DNA of 64,000 nucleotides from Candidatus Latescibacterota bacterium (GTDB lineage Bacteria; Latescibacterota; UBA2968; GCA-2709665): positions 2,464,001-2,528,000 of the forward strand of contig OZ244744.1 of assembly GCA_965219455.1 (NCBI GenBank), written 5' to 3'. Positions 28,301 through 39,116 of this stretch are shown one piece after another. A program made the translations under genes and the position numbers. The first letter of the stretch is position 1. Every line of letters begins with the position of its first letter. Under the pieces are notes generated by a model. The model was not told the origin of the DNA. It saw only the letters and a list, made by a program, of their open reading frames with translations, and did no database searches.

Positions 28301-29217
28301 AGCGAACCCTCCCAATGTTTCGGATTCCCAGCGAAAAAGAACCAGAAAGCCGTGAGCAACGCGCGCAAAAAACGCGCCCGTCTCAATTGGCCCCTGACTC
28401 GTGAACATATATATAATGAAGACTACGAACTAAACAACGAACCTCCCGGCTTCAGCGTTCGAATGAGCCGACCTGCTTATACTTAATATAGAATATAAGT
28501 CCATTTTGCATGTACACAAGGGCATATCTGGATTTCTTTTCCAAAAAAAAACGACAATGTCCCGGGTGAATTCAAGTGCGCATGCGATTCATCGCGTTCC
28601 ATATCCGGGTATCGACCATTACCGCCTCGAAAATTCTCCCCGGCACCGGCATGTATACGTGCCATGAAGGTAATTTCCGGCCCCGCGACGGCTTATGAAG
28701 TACCGGGTAAAATGAAGCGGGTCTGGTGAGACCCTATAGGGTCTTCCTATATGGAAATTCAATCCAAAGCCTCTAAATAAGAGGACCAACTCGTTCCTGA
28801 TGAACGGGCAGGGCACAATGTGGGAGCCCGGCGGAGTTCTCGGAGATCAAGACCGGGTTGCAACATGCAAACCCGGTACGGAGAAAAAGCCCATGTGGAA
28901 GAAAATCTGCAACTACATATTTCTTAATATATTATAGGAAGGATCGTAATAAGTCAATGGTGGAATTTTGCCCAAATGTCGTATTTTGCTACATATAGAT
29001 TGGGCGACGACGTGAAACCGCCGCCACCCACAGTTGAATGGGGACCATATTTTCATCCTGAATTATAACTCGAACGGAATGGCAGGGCTTTGAGCCATCC
29101 AGCCGGCCGCACGGGGTCGACTACGTGTCGGTAACGCCACGATTAGCAGTCCGTCCCTCTCAGGCCAATATCGGATCGCGGTTGACTTCGTTTCGTGCTC
29201 ATGTACGAATTGTCACA

Positions 29218-32200
29218 ATGAAACGCCATTTGAAATCATCCACACTTGCGCTCGGTGTCGCCGGCCTGCTGTCCCTGGCGCTATTCATCTTCCCGTGGTC
29301 GCCATCCACGCAGCCCGGCGGCTTTTCCCTCGCCCTGGACCTGGATGATGCCGATGGCAACCAGGCCGTTTCCTCGCTCGACCTCTTACCCCATCAGCCT
29401 GTTTCCCTACAGATTTTCGCGAGGGATATTCAGAATGCCACCGGCATATCCATGCGCTTTGGATACGATACGACTCAGTTAATCCACGAGGGATTCGATC
29501 CCGGCGAGGTTCTGCCGAACGTCCATGCCATCGTACAACAGGATTCCACGTCCATCCGCATCGGGGTTTCGTCGTTGAGTGGATCGGCAACGGGAAACGC
29601 CGGCTGGGTTGGCACGGTACGTTTCCGCACCACCGGGTCGTTTTCAGACACGGAGATCTGGTTGGTGAGCGCGGAACTTTCCCTGGATGGACAGTCCGAG
29701 GTAATATCACCCGCTCTCGGGGTTGCGTTGCAGGTGGCCGCGCCCGCTTCCCCTGACTTCGACGGCAACGGGCTTGTGGGGTTTTCCGACTTTGTGGCCT
29801 TTGCAGGCGCCTTCGGGGCACAGCGGGGCGATGGGAAGTACGTGGAGGCGTACGATCTGAACAACGACGGCACGATCGCCTTCAACGATTTCGTGATCTT
29901 CGCCACGAGTTTTGGCGAAGCGGCCAACCGGGCGCCCGCGTTCACCGCCGCGTCTCCGGTCACGCGCTCTGTGGAAGAGAATACCTCGGCGGGCCAACCC
30001 ATCGGCGATCCCCTCACCGCTACCGACGCCGATGACGACTCCCTCACGTACCACCTGCGCGGCGTGTATGCAGACCGTTTTTCCATCGGCGCCAGTACGG
30101 GTCAGCTTGTCACAAAGGAGGGGATCGCCTACGACCACGAAGCCAGGGACGCGTATTCCGTCACCGTGCGGGTTACCGACGGGCAGGGGGGCCGCGCCAC
30201 CATTGTCCTTGGCATCGCCGTCACCGACGTGGACGAACCCCCTGGCGGGCCGCCTGCAGGCGTGGTGGTCGCGCCGCGCGACACCGCATTGACCGTGACC
30301 TGGAGTGCGGCGCCCGACGAGGCGGGCAAGCCCCCGGTGAGCGGGTATGAAGTGGCGCATCGGCCGGCGGATAGCGAGGAATGGCTGGAGGGACGCTTCC
30401 TTGGCAGCCGCGCGGACACCAGCGTCACGCTGACCGGCCTGGCCAACGAACAACCGTATCAGGTACGCGTGCGCACGCTCAACGACGAGGGCACAAGCGA
30501 TTGGTCGGAACCCGTTGTCGGCGCGCCCACGGTGGGGCCGAGAGCGTTAGGCATCATCGGCGATCAGTCGCTGATCCTGGGCCGCGACCTGCGGGTGAAC
30601 ATAGCCAGCCTGTTCACCCGGCCGGCGCTCGGGACGTTGACGTACGGCGCGGCGTCGTCCAATGAAGCCATCGCCGCGGTCACTGTGTCGGACTCGATGG
30701 CGACGGTGCACGCCGTGGCCCTGGGGCGCGCGACCATCACCGCCACCGCCAGCGACGTGTACGGCAACACCGCGCAGACGACCTTCCCCGTTGTCGTGAC
30801 CACGCCGCCACCGCCACCACCACCGCCCGGACCCGTCGGGCCCATTGGGCCATTCCGGCCGCCACCACCACCCCCGCCACCACCGCCGCCTGCCAACAAT
30901 CGCACGCCGTCCTTCGACGACGGGGCCAACACGTCGCGCACCGTGCCCGAGAATACCCCGGCGCGACAGCCCATTCAGCATCCGGTGCGCGCCACCGATC
31001 CGGACGGACACCGGCTGACGTACAATCTCACCGGACCGGACTCCGCCAGCTTTGCCGTGGACGTGGGCAGCGGGCAGTTGCGCACCCTGTCGGGCATCAC
31101 GTATGACTTTGAGGATAACGACCGTTATTCGGTTGAACTGGAAGCCGACGACCCCTACGGCGGCAACGCCACCATCGGTGTTGCCATCCACGTAGCAGAC
31201 GTGGACGAACCGCCCGACGTCCCCGACAGGCCGCAGGTACAGCCGGCATCGTCCACCAGCCTGACGGTGACCTGGACAGCGCCGACCAACACCGGCCCCT
31301 TCATATTCGATTACGACGTACAATATCGGACGGGCAGCGGCAACTTCGATCCATGGCCGCACGACAACACCGGCACGACCACGACGATAACGAACCTGGA
31401 GGTGAACAAGCGCTACGAGGTACAGGTGCGGGCGCACAACGACGAAGGCGAGAGCCTCTGGTCCCCTTCGGGCTTCGGGACCACCAGCGCCAATCTGCCG
31501 CCGGTGTTCGACGAGGGAGGAAGCACCACGCGCAGCCTCGGCGAGAACACACCGTCGGATCGAAACATCGGCGGCCCCGTCACGGCAACCGATCCTGAGG
31601 GTAGCGAAGTGAGTTACCGCTTCGACAGCGGGGATACGGAGGGTTTTGCCATCGACCCAAACACCGGTCAACTGAAGACCAGGACGGGTGTCACCTACGA
31701 TTTCGAAACAAAGGATCGTTATACGGTGAGGGTAGAGGCGCAGGACGAACAGGGAGGACGCTCAACCATCTCCGTGTCCATTGAAGTCACCGACGACGAC
31801 AACGAACGGCCGGAGACGCCCGACAAGCCGACGGTCACCGCCTCCACGTTGAACAGCCTTTCCATTCGATGGACGGCGCCGGCAAACGCCGGGCCCAACA
31901 TCAACGACTACGACGTGCAGTACAGTGAGGACGGCGGCGCCTTCACAGGCTGGCCGCACACGGGTCCAGGCACGACCACCACCATCACCGGGTTGAAGGC
32001 CAACACGCCCTACCAGGTTCAGGTGCTGGCGCGCAGCGACGAAGGCGAGAGCCTCTGGTCCGAGTCCGTTGACGTGAGAACTGTCGCCAACCGGGCGCCG
32101 ACGTTCAACGAGGGCACGCGAACAACGCGCAGTCTTGACGAGAATACCACGGGCACACACGACGTCGGCAACCCGATAACCGCAAGGGATACCGACGGTG

Positions 32201-35200
32201 GGACATTGAGCTACGACCTTGAAGGCACGGATCAGGCCTCTTTCGATCTCGACGGCAACCAGCTTCAGACCCAATCGGGCGAGACCTACGACTTTGAGGA
32301 GAAGCCCGGCTACGACGTGACGGTTCGCGTCGAGGACGGACAGGGCGGCAGCAACACCATTGAGGTCACGATCAATCTGACGGACCAGCAGGAAAAACCC
32401 GGGATCCCGGACGCGCCCGGCGTCTCGGCGGCCTCGTCCACAAGCCTTACTGCGACCTGGGATGGGCCCGCAAACACCGGCCCCGACGTCAACGACTACG
32501 ACGTGCAGTACCGGGAGGGCGACAGCGGCGGCTTCAGCTCGTGGACGCACAACGGCGCGGACCGCACCGCAACCATCACGGATCGGACGCCGGGCACGAC
32601 CCACCAGGTGCAGGTACTCGCGCGCAGTCCCGAGGGCACAAGCGATTGGTCCGAATCGGGCACGGGAAGCACCAGCCCCAATCAGCTGCCGATATTCACC
32701 GATGGATCCGGCGCCACGCGTGAATTGGCCGAGAACACCACCGGCGTAAAGGACGTCGGCGATCCGGTGGGCGCCACGGACTCCGAGAAGACCACGCTGA
32801 CCTACGCGCTTGAAGGCACCCACGCGGATACCTTTTCTATCGACGCGCGCAGCGGGCAGATCCGCACCAGGACGGGGAAGACCTACGACTACGAGGCCAC
32901 GCCACGATTTTCCGTGGACGTAAGGGCAACCGACGGCCACGGCGGCGACAACAGCCTCCCCGTGTCCATCGACCTTACCGATCTGAACGAAGTTCCCGTA
33001 TTTCCCGGCGAGGCGACGCTCGAGGCAGCGGAGAACCAGTCCTTCGCAGGAACGGTCACCGCCGAGGACCTGGATCGCGACGACGCCATCACGAATTACA
33101 CCATTACCGGAGGCAGCGACCGGGACCTGCTGGAGATAAGTAGCGGAGGCGCGTTGACCTTCAAGGATGACCCCGACTTCGAGAGTCCCACCGACGCCGG
33201 AAGGAACAACGGCTACGTCGTCGAGGTCACCGTAACCGGTGGATCCGGAGGCCGCGCGCTGACCGCCGAGCAGCACTTTACCGTCACCGTCACGGACGAA
33301 AACGAACCGCCCCGTTTCACCAGTGTGGATACATTCGCGGTCAAGGAAAATGAGCTGCTGGCAGGCCGATTGGCCGCACAGGACGTGGACAGAGACGACG
33401 GGATCACGGGCTACGAGGTCAATGCCGGGCGTGACGGAGATCGGTTCGAGATCGAGAACACCAGGGAGTTGCACTTCAAGGATAAACCTGACTTCGAGCG
33501 GCCGGCGGATTCCGGAGGGAACAACGAATACATCGTTGTGGTCGAGGTGACGGGCGGCGCGGACACCCGGGAGCGAAATGCAACGCAGACCATAACCGTC
33601 ACGGTGGAGGACGACGTCGAGCCGCCGGGCGAACCGGACCCGCCCACGGTGAGCGACGAGACCGAAAGCAGCCTGACGGTGAGTTGGGACGAACCGGACA
33701 ACCCCGGTCCCGCCATTACGAACTATTTTGTGCAATACCGCGAGAGCGGCGCGTTCATCGACTCGCCGGACAGTGGACTGACCCGGACGCGCACGATCAC
33801 CGGCCTGCGCTCGGGCCGAACCTACCAGATTCAGGTGCAGGCGAAGAACGATGAAGGCAAGGGACCGTGGTCCGGACGGGCGAACGGAACGACGCTCACC
33901 GCGCCCACCGTTTCAAGCGCCGCGTTCACCTCCACACCGGCCTCAGGACAGAACGGCGCCTACAAGAAGGACGACGTCATCGACGTGACCGCGACTTTCA
34001 ACGAAGCGGTGACCGTCACCGGCGCGCCCCAGATCGACCTGACGATCGGTTCCACCCTGCGCAAGGCCGACTATAAAAGCGGCTCGACCACAACCCAGCT
34101 TCTCTTCCAATATGCGGTGGCGGACACCGACGAGGACAAGGATGGCGCGACCATCAACGAAAACGGCCTGAAGCTGAACAACGGCCGCATCTACATCCTC
34201 GTGAACAGCACCACCGTCAACGCCGACCTGGCGCACGCGGCGCGCGCCAACCGGTCCAGCCACAAGGTGGATGGCGTCCCACCGGGGCTCACCGACACGG
34301 AGGTGAAAAGCGACGAGTTGGTGCTTACTTTCGGCGAGAGCCTCGACCGCGATCCCAGGCCGGCAACGGGCGACTTTTCGGTGACGGCGGACGACTCGAC
34401 ACTTGGCGTCACGGCAGTTACGATGCGCACCAGCGACGTGGCGCTCACCATCGACCCGGCCGTAACCCCCGGACAGACGGTCTCGCTGGCCTACACGCCG
34501 GGGACCAACCCGATCCGGGACCAGGCGCAGAACCCCGCCATCGCGCTCACAAACCTGACGGTTAGAAACAACACTCAGGACCAGACCTTGAACGTCTGCG
34601 TCCGCACCCGGCAGGTGCGCGACGCGATTACGGATGCGGCAGGGGTAAGCACGTGCGGCGAGGTAACCGGGGACCATTTGTCGGCAATCACCCGGCTCTC
34701 GCTGAGCGAGAAGAACATCTCAACGCTGAAGGCCAATGACTTTGCAGGGCTGACGGCTCTGGAGACACTCTTTTTGAGAGACAACCAGATCAGCAGTCTG
34801 CCGCAGGACCTCTTCTCCGCGCTGTCAGCGCTGGAAACGCTTTCCCTCCGTGACAACGATTTCGCAAGCCTCAACGCGAGTCTCTTTTCGAGTCTGTCAG
34901 ACCTGAGAATCCTTTTGCTGGACGGCAACCAACTCGACAGCCTGCATACAGATCTGTTCTCCGAACTCTCGGCGCTGGAAGCCCTCGATCTGAATGGCAA
35001 CGGACTCAGCAGTCTGCCGCAGAGTGTCTTCTCCAACCTTTCGGCGCTGAGAATCCTCGATCTGGACGGTAATAAACTCAGCAGCCTTGATGCGAGTGTC
35101 TTCTCCAGCCTCTCGGCGCTGGAAGGCCTCGATCTGGACGGCAACGAGCTCAGCAGTCTGGATGCGAGTGTCTTCTCCAACCTTTCGGCGCTGAGAATCC

Positions 35201-38200
35201 TCGACCTGAACGGCAACAAACTCAGCAGCCTGAATACAAATATCTTCTCCAGCCTCTCGGCGCTGGAAAGCCTCGACCTGGACGGCAACGGACTCAGCAG
35301 CCTGGATGCGAGTACCTTCTCCAACCTCTCGGCGCTGCAAGCGCTCGACCTGAGCAAGAACCAACTCAGCAGCCTGCCTCAGAACATCTTTTCCGGTCTG
35401 TCATCGCTGCAGGCGCTCTATCTCAACGAACAGGAATCCGGTCACGAACTCGGCAGCCTGGACGCTGATATATTCTCCGGCCTCACCGCGTTGACAACAC
35501 TCCGGCTGGAACAAAACGATATCGGCAGCCTGGACGCGGGACTCTTCACCGGGTTGACCGACATGGAAACGCTCAGGCTGGACAATAACAGCCTCAGCAG
35601 CCTGCCAGATGGAATCTTCTCCGGGCTTACTTCGCTGACTACGCTCAACCTTGAGGGCAACACGGTCGACCCCCTTCCCATTAACGTGTCCCTGGAACGG
35701 GTCGCGTTGGGTCAATTCAGGGCCAAAGCGAACACCGGCGCGCCCTTTGACATGGTTTTGGCCCTGCTGGTGACCAACGGCTCCATCGACGGCGGCGGGA
35801 GCAGCATCGAAATCCCCCAGGGTGACGCGCAAAGCAGCACATATACGGTAACCCGCACGACCGGCATGTCCGCGGCGGTTACAGTCGACATAGGCACGTT
35901 TCCCGACCTTCCCGGAACCGACAACGGCTACGCGCTGGTCAAGTCCGACGACCTGCCGCTCGAAGTCATCCCGGGGCTGCCGGATGTGAATATATACCCG
36001 ACGGCGCTATCCGTGGCCGTGGGCGACAGCAATACCTACACAATGGCCCTTAACTCCATGCCGACGATGGATGTCACGGTCACGGTGGACGTGCCGTCGG
36101 GTTCCGACGTTTCGGTGAACCCGATGGAACGCATGTTTGCTGCCGACACCTATGACATGTCGCAGACCGTGACGGTGATCGCAGATACTGCCGCAGTGGC
36201 AGATGCCATGGTCACGTTGAGCCACATGGTCAGCGGTGGCGACTATCAGAACGTCTCGGCAGACGACGTCGCCGTGACGATCATCGGCGCTACCACTGGC
36301 AACCAGTTGCCAACCTTCGTCAGCGACAGCAGGTACGACGTCAAGGAAAACGAAACCTCGGTGGCCACGGTCGCAGCCACGGACGGGGACGCGAGAGACT
36401 ACGTCACCGGCTACGAGATTACCGGCGGCGCCCAGCAGGCGCAGTTCGAAATCACCGGCGATGGTGTATTGACCTTCGTGACCGCCCCCGACTTTGAGCG
36501 TCCCGCCGTGAGCAGCAATTCGTATGTCGTCACGGTCACAGCCACGAGCGGAATCGAAGACAGAGAGCGGACCGCCCGACAGACGATCGTTGTCTCCGTA
36601 ACGGACGATGACGAACCGCCGGGGCAGCCGCCCGCGCCCATATTGGATCTCTCATACGCGTCTTACCGCACGATCGGGGTGAGCCCCGGCCGGAGACCGC
36701 CCGCGAACACCGGCCCGGAAATCACCGCCTGGGATATCCAGTATCGTATCAGGAATACCGGCGATTTCAAAATCCACGATCCGGATCCGGAGCCGGACTG
36801 GACGCAACCGGACTGGGAAACGGCAATCACGCGTCTGGACAGGGGCGCGACCTACGAGGTACAGGTGCGTGCGAAGAACGACGAAGGGGAGAGCGAGTGG
36901 TCTCCGTCGGCCGAAGCGCCGATTCCCAATCAGTCCCCGGTCGCGGACGGCTCCTTCGACGACCTGACGCTTCCGGTGGGAGGCGCCGTTGAGATCGTGT
37001 CCGCGGACGACGTGTTCGACGATCCCGACGATATCAGGTTGACGTATACGGCGGCGTCCAGCAACACGGCTGCGGCGTCGGTGAAGGTGATCGATACCGA
37101 AGGCCTGGTCGATCCCCTGTCGTCGGGCGGTGCGACGATTACGGTTACGGCGACCGATCCGTGGGGCGCAACCGTGTCGGAGTCGTTCAGCGTTATTGTC
37201 CGGACACCGACCCTGTCCGCGCCCACCCTGAGCATCAGCGGCAACCTGTTCACACTTGAATTCACGAACGACTTCGCCGCCAACGAAACCAGGGCCTACG
37301 AGGTCAGAATCCGGCAGAAGGAGCCGATCGGCAATTGGGCCAGGGGGTGTTTCACGATAACCAACGACGAGAATACCGCCAGGTCCGTTACGGTAACGGT
37401 TCAGGACCTGGTTTCCGATTTCTTCGTGCCCGGCAACACCTACGAGGCGGACTACGGATACCTCGGGACGGCCTGCGGCGGCAGCCTGGCGGACGTACGC
37501 TCCGCGGCTGCCGAGGCGTCCGTTCCCGGAACCCCCGCCTTCAATATCGACCTCATCTACGCCGGCGGCACACCGGCCCGGAGGGTTCAGCTGGCTCTTG
37601 ACAATGCCGTGGCGCGTTGGGAGCGGATCATCGCCCAGGACATCCCCAACCACCGTCTGTCGGCCAACCGCCGCAATTTGCTGGAGAGGCTTTTTCCGGG
37701 AACCACCTCCCCCGAGGTTGTGGATGACCTGGTGGTCTACGTGGAAGTCGTTGAAATCGACGGACAAAGCGGCACGCTCGGACAGGCGGGGCGTCTCGTT
37801 TGGCGCGTCCCGTCCTCCCTCCCGATCGCAGCCTTCATCGAACTCGACCGGGACGACCTGAGGACCATGTCTGACAATAAGTTGACACCTCTCGTTCTGC
37901 ACGAGATAGGCCACACGTTGGGATTCGGTCTCGCACCGTGGACGGATCACAACCTTTTGAAGAACCCCTCTCTCGATCAGAACGACGACCCCATTGTTCC
38001 CGCCCCGGATACGCATTTCTCGGGTGCGAACGCGATTGCCGCGTTCAACGCCGCGGGCGGGTCCGGCTATACGGGCGCGAAAGTGCCCGTGGAAAACACG
38101 TGGGGCGGATCGGGCAGCCAGGACAGCCACTGGCGGGAATCCGTAATGCAGAGCGAACTGATGACGCCCAGGGTGGGCGAAGCCGTTACGCATCCCCTCA

Positions 38201-38409
38201 GCGCCATCACGATCCAGTCCCTGGCCGACATCGGATACACCGTGGATGCCACGCAGGCCGACGCCTACACCCTGCCAACGACGTCCAAAATTGCGATGGG
38301 ATCCGAGGAGTTGATTCTGCTCAACTGTGTTATCACGCACCCCGAGGCCGGACCCGATAGGCCCGAGCCCATCGTCCTGAATCTGCGCAGAATCCTGGAG
38401 AGCGAATGA
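29218..38409 (+). CDS. Giant surface protein: cohesin-like + EF-hand/dockerin-like + cadherin/FN3 repeats + Ig-like + LRR + M8 (leishmanolysin-like) metallopeptidase
   Basis: DFDGNGLVGFSDFVAFAGAFG/YDLNNDGTIAFNDF; YDFE..Y.V.V.A.D and TDVDEPP cadherin motifs; SLTVTW..YDVQYR..YEVQVRA.N.EG.S.WS FN3; poly-Pro; 24-aa LRRs; HEIGH..SHWRES..ELMTP. Confidence 0.9.
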   Translation: MKRHLKSSTLALGVAGLLSLALFIFPWSPSTQPGGFSLALDLDDADGNQAVSSLDLLPHQPVSLQIFARDIQNATGISMRFGYDTTQLIHEGFDPGEVLPNVHAIVQQDSTSIRIGVSSLSGSATGNAGWVGTVRFRTTGSFSDTEIWLVSAELSLDGQSEVISPALGVALQVAAPASPDFDGNGLVGFSDFVAFAGAFGAQRGDGKYVEAYDLNNDGTIAFNDFVIFATSFGEAANRAPAFTAASPVTRSVEENTSAGQPIGDPLTATDADDDSLTYHLRGVYADRFSIGASTGQLVTKEGIAYDHEARDAYSVTVRVTDGQGGRATIVLGIAVTDVDEPPGGPPAGVVVAPRDTALTVTWSAAPDEAGKPPVSGYEVAHRPADSEEWLEGRFLGSRADTSVTLTGLANEQPYQVRVRTLNDEGTSDWSEPVVGAPTVGPRALGIIGDQSLILGRDLRVNIASLFTRPALGTLTYGAASSNEAIAAVTVSDSMATVHAVALGRATITATASDVYGNTAQTTFPVVVTTPPPPPPPPGPVGPIGPFRPPPPPPPPPPPANNRTPSFDDGANTSRTVPENTPARQPIQHPVRATDPDGHRLTYNLTGPDSASFAVDVGSGQLRTLSGITYDFEDNDRYSVELEADDPYGGNATIGVAIHVADVDEPPDVPDRPQVQPASSTSLTVTWTAPTNTGPFIFDYDVQYRTGSGNFDPWPHDNTGTTTTITNLEVNKRYEVQVRAHNDEGESLWSPSGFGTTSANLPPVFDEGGSTTRSLGENTPSDRNIGGPVTATDPEGSEVSYRFDSGDTEGFAIDPNTGQLKTRTGVTYDFETKDRYTVRVEAQDEQGGRSTISVSIEVTDDDNERPETPDKPTVTASTLNSLSIRWTAPANAGPNINDYDVQYSEDGGAFTGWPHTGPGTTTTITGLKANTPYQVQVLARSDEGESLWSESVDVRTVANRAPTFNEGTRTTRSLDENTTGTHDVGNPITARDTDGGTLSYDLEGTDQASFDLDGNQLQTQSGETYDFEEKPGYDVTVRVEDGQGGSNTIEVTINLTDQQEKPGIPDAPGVSAASSTSLTATWDGPANTGPDVNDYDVQYREGDSGGFSSWTHNGADRTATITDRTPGTTHQVQVLARSPEGTSDWSESGTGSTSPNQLPIFTDGSGATRELAENTTGVKDVGDPVGATDSEKTTLTYALEGTHADTFSIDARSGQIRTRTGKTYDYEATPRFSVDVRATDGHGGDNSLPVSIDLTDLNEVPVFPGEATLEAAENQSFAGTVTAEDLDRDDAITNYTITGGSDRDLLEISSGGALTFKDDPDFESPTDAGRNNGYVVEVTVTGGSGGRALTAEQHFTVTVTDENEPPRFTSVDTFAVKENELLAGRLAAQDVDRDDGITGYEVNAGRDGDRFEIENTRELHFKDKPDFERPADSGGNNEYIVVVEVTGGADTRERNATQTITVTVEDDVEPPGEPDPPTVSDETESSLTVSWDEPDNPGPAITNYFVQYRESGAFIDSPDSGLTRTRTITGLRSGRTYQIQVQAKNDEGKGPWSGRANGTTLTAPTVSSAAFTSTPASGQNGAYKKDDVIDVTATFNEAVTVTGAPQIDLTIGSTLRKADYKSGSTTTQLLFQYAVADTDEDKDGATINENGLKLNNGRIYILVNSTTVNADLAHAARANRSSHKVDGVPPGLTDTEVKSDELVLTFGESLDRDPRPATGDFSVTADDSTLGVTAVTMRTSDVALTIDPAVTPGQTVSLAYTPGTNPIRDQAQNPAIALTNLTVRNNTQDQTLNVCVRTRQVRDAITDAAGVSTCGEVTGDHLSAITRLSLSEKNISTLKANDFAGLTALETLFLRDNQISSLPQDLFSALSALETLSLRDNDFASLNASLFSSLSDLRILLLDGNQLDSLHTDLFSELSALEALDLNGNGLSSLPQSVFSNLSALRILDLDGNKLSSLDASVFSSLSALEGLDLDGNELSSLDASVFSNLSALRILDLNGNKLSSLNTNIFSSLSALESLDLDGNGLSSLDASTFSNLSALQALDLSKNQLSSLPQNIFSGLSSLQALYLNEQESGHELGSLDADIFSGLTALTTLRLEQNDIGSLDAGLFTGLTDMETLRLDNNSLSSLPDGIFSGLTSLTTLNLEGNTVDPLPINVSLERVALGQFRAKANTGAPFDMVLALLVTNGSIDGGGSSIEIPQGDAQSSTYTVTRTTGMSAAVTVDIGTFPDLPGTDNGYALVKSDDLPLEVIPGLPDVNIYPTALSVAVGDSNTYTMALNSMPTMDVTVTVDVPSGSDVSVNPMERMFAADTYDMSQTVTVIADTAAVADAMVTLSHMVSGGDYQNVSADDVAVTIIGATTGNQLPTFVSDSRYDVKENETSVATVAATDGDARDYVTGYEITGGAQQAQFEITGDGVLTFVTAPDFERPAVSSNSYVVTVTATSGIEDRERTARQTIVVSVTDDDEPPGQPPAPILDLSYASYRTIGVSPGRRPPANTGPEITAWDIQYRIRNTGDFKIHDPDPEPDWTQPDWETAITRLDRGATYEVQVRAKNDEGESEWSPSAEAPIPNQSPVADGSFDDLTLPVGGAVEIVSADDVFDDPDDIRLTYTAASSNTAAASVKVIDTEGLVDPLSSGGATITVTATDPWGATVSESFSVIVRTPTLSAPTLSISGNLFTLEFTNDFAANETRAYEVRIRQKEPIGNWARGCFTITNDENTARSVTVTVQDLVSDFFVPGNTYEADYGYLGTACGGSLADVRSAAAEASVPGTPAFNIDLIYAGGTPARRVQLALDNAVARWERIIAQDIPNHRLSANRRNLLERLFPGTTSPEVVDDLVVYVEVVEIDGQSGTLGQAGRLVWRVPSSLPIAAFIELDRDDLRTMSDNKLTPLVLHEIGHTLGFGLAPWTDHNLLKNPSLDQNDDPIVPAPDTHFSGANAIAAFNAAGGSGYTGAKVPVENTWGGSGSQDSHWRESVMQSELMTPRVGEAVTHPLSAITIQSLADIGYTVDATQADAYTLPTTSKIAMGSEELILLNCVITHPEAGPDRPEPIVLNLRRILESE
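34690..35660 (+). repeat. 72-bp coding tandem repeat (24-aa LRR array)
   Basis: Repeated LSALExLDLDGNxLSSLDASVFSN units, near-identical at DNA level. Confidence 0.9.
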
Positions 38410-39041
38410 ATAGGCTGAATATGAGCGTCGTAGTACCAATGGCCTTCCTGGCGATGTATACCTTATGCTCGCCTTCCGAGCGGCCGCGGAAAGAAGCACA
38501 TCCCGGACCGCCGCCGCAAACACGTGTCTGCGAACCCCCGTCCGGTCGCCTCAATGTCCGGGCGACATTGGCCGGCCGGGAAGGGCACTATGACCTTGCG
38601 CTTGTGCAGGTGGTAAACGGCGTCGACACGCGACGCGCACGGGGCGCGCTCATCCTGCGCAGGCAGCCGCCGGGGCTGGATTCGCTGGGAGAGGCCGCCA
38701 CCCCTCTGTACGGATATATTGACATCGACCTGCGTGCGGTGGGCGCGCACCGGGTCGGTGATCCCGGCAGCACGGATCCGGAGGCCCCTGGCGTGCTCGT
38801 TCTTGAAAGCCTCCACGACGGCAAGCGCCGCATTCTGGTCCGCCTCGGCGCGGACGCCAATCGGCGGGATTCAATGCTCTTCGACGGGGCCTTTACCGTG
38901 CTAGAAGTACATGCGATCTACAGAGGCGGTTTCGCCGGGAGTTGGCGCAGCGGCCTGCGATCATTGCGCACCGGCGGCTACTTCTGCGCATGGCGCATGG
39001 ATAAAAAAACCGGGACGCGTGGCACGCCCCGTCCTGACTGA
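38406..39041 (+). CDS. Hypothetical exported protein coupled to the giant gene
   Basis: ATGA overlap with the giant gene stop; hydrophobic N-terminus with Cys; beta-rich body ending GYFCAWR. Confidence 0.7.
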   Translation: MNRLNMSVVVPMAFLAMYTLCSPSERPRKEAHPGPPPQTRVCEPPSGRLNVRATLAGREGHYDLALVQVVNGVDTRRARGALILRRQPPGLDSLGEAATPLYGYIDIDLRAVGAHRVGDPGSTDPEAPGVLVLESLHDGKRRILVRLGADANRRDSMLFDGAFTVLEVHAIYRGGFAGSWRSGLRSLRTGGYFCAWRMDKKTGTRGTPRPD

Positions 39042-39116
39042 ATATCGATTGTCTGCGCCGACGGATCGTAGTCACGGAAGTTCCCGTTAGCGATTCCCAA
39101 AATGCATTGCTTCGTC

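Noticed and set aside
28648-28664. Sigma-54-like TGGCACG on the minus strand
   Set aside because: GG-to-GC spacing is 11 rather than 10 bp.
28729-28877. Palindrome AGACCCTATAGGGTCT and hairpin ACCGGGTT..AACCCGGT in the divergent intergenic region
   Set aside because: Real symmetry but single occurrences with no assignable function.
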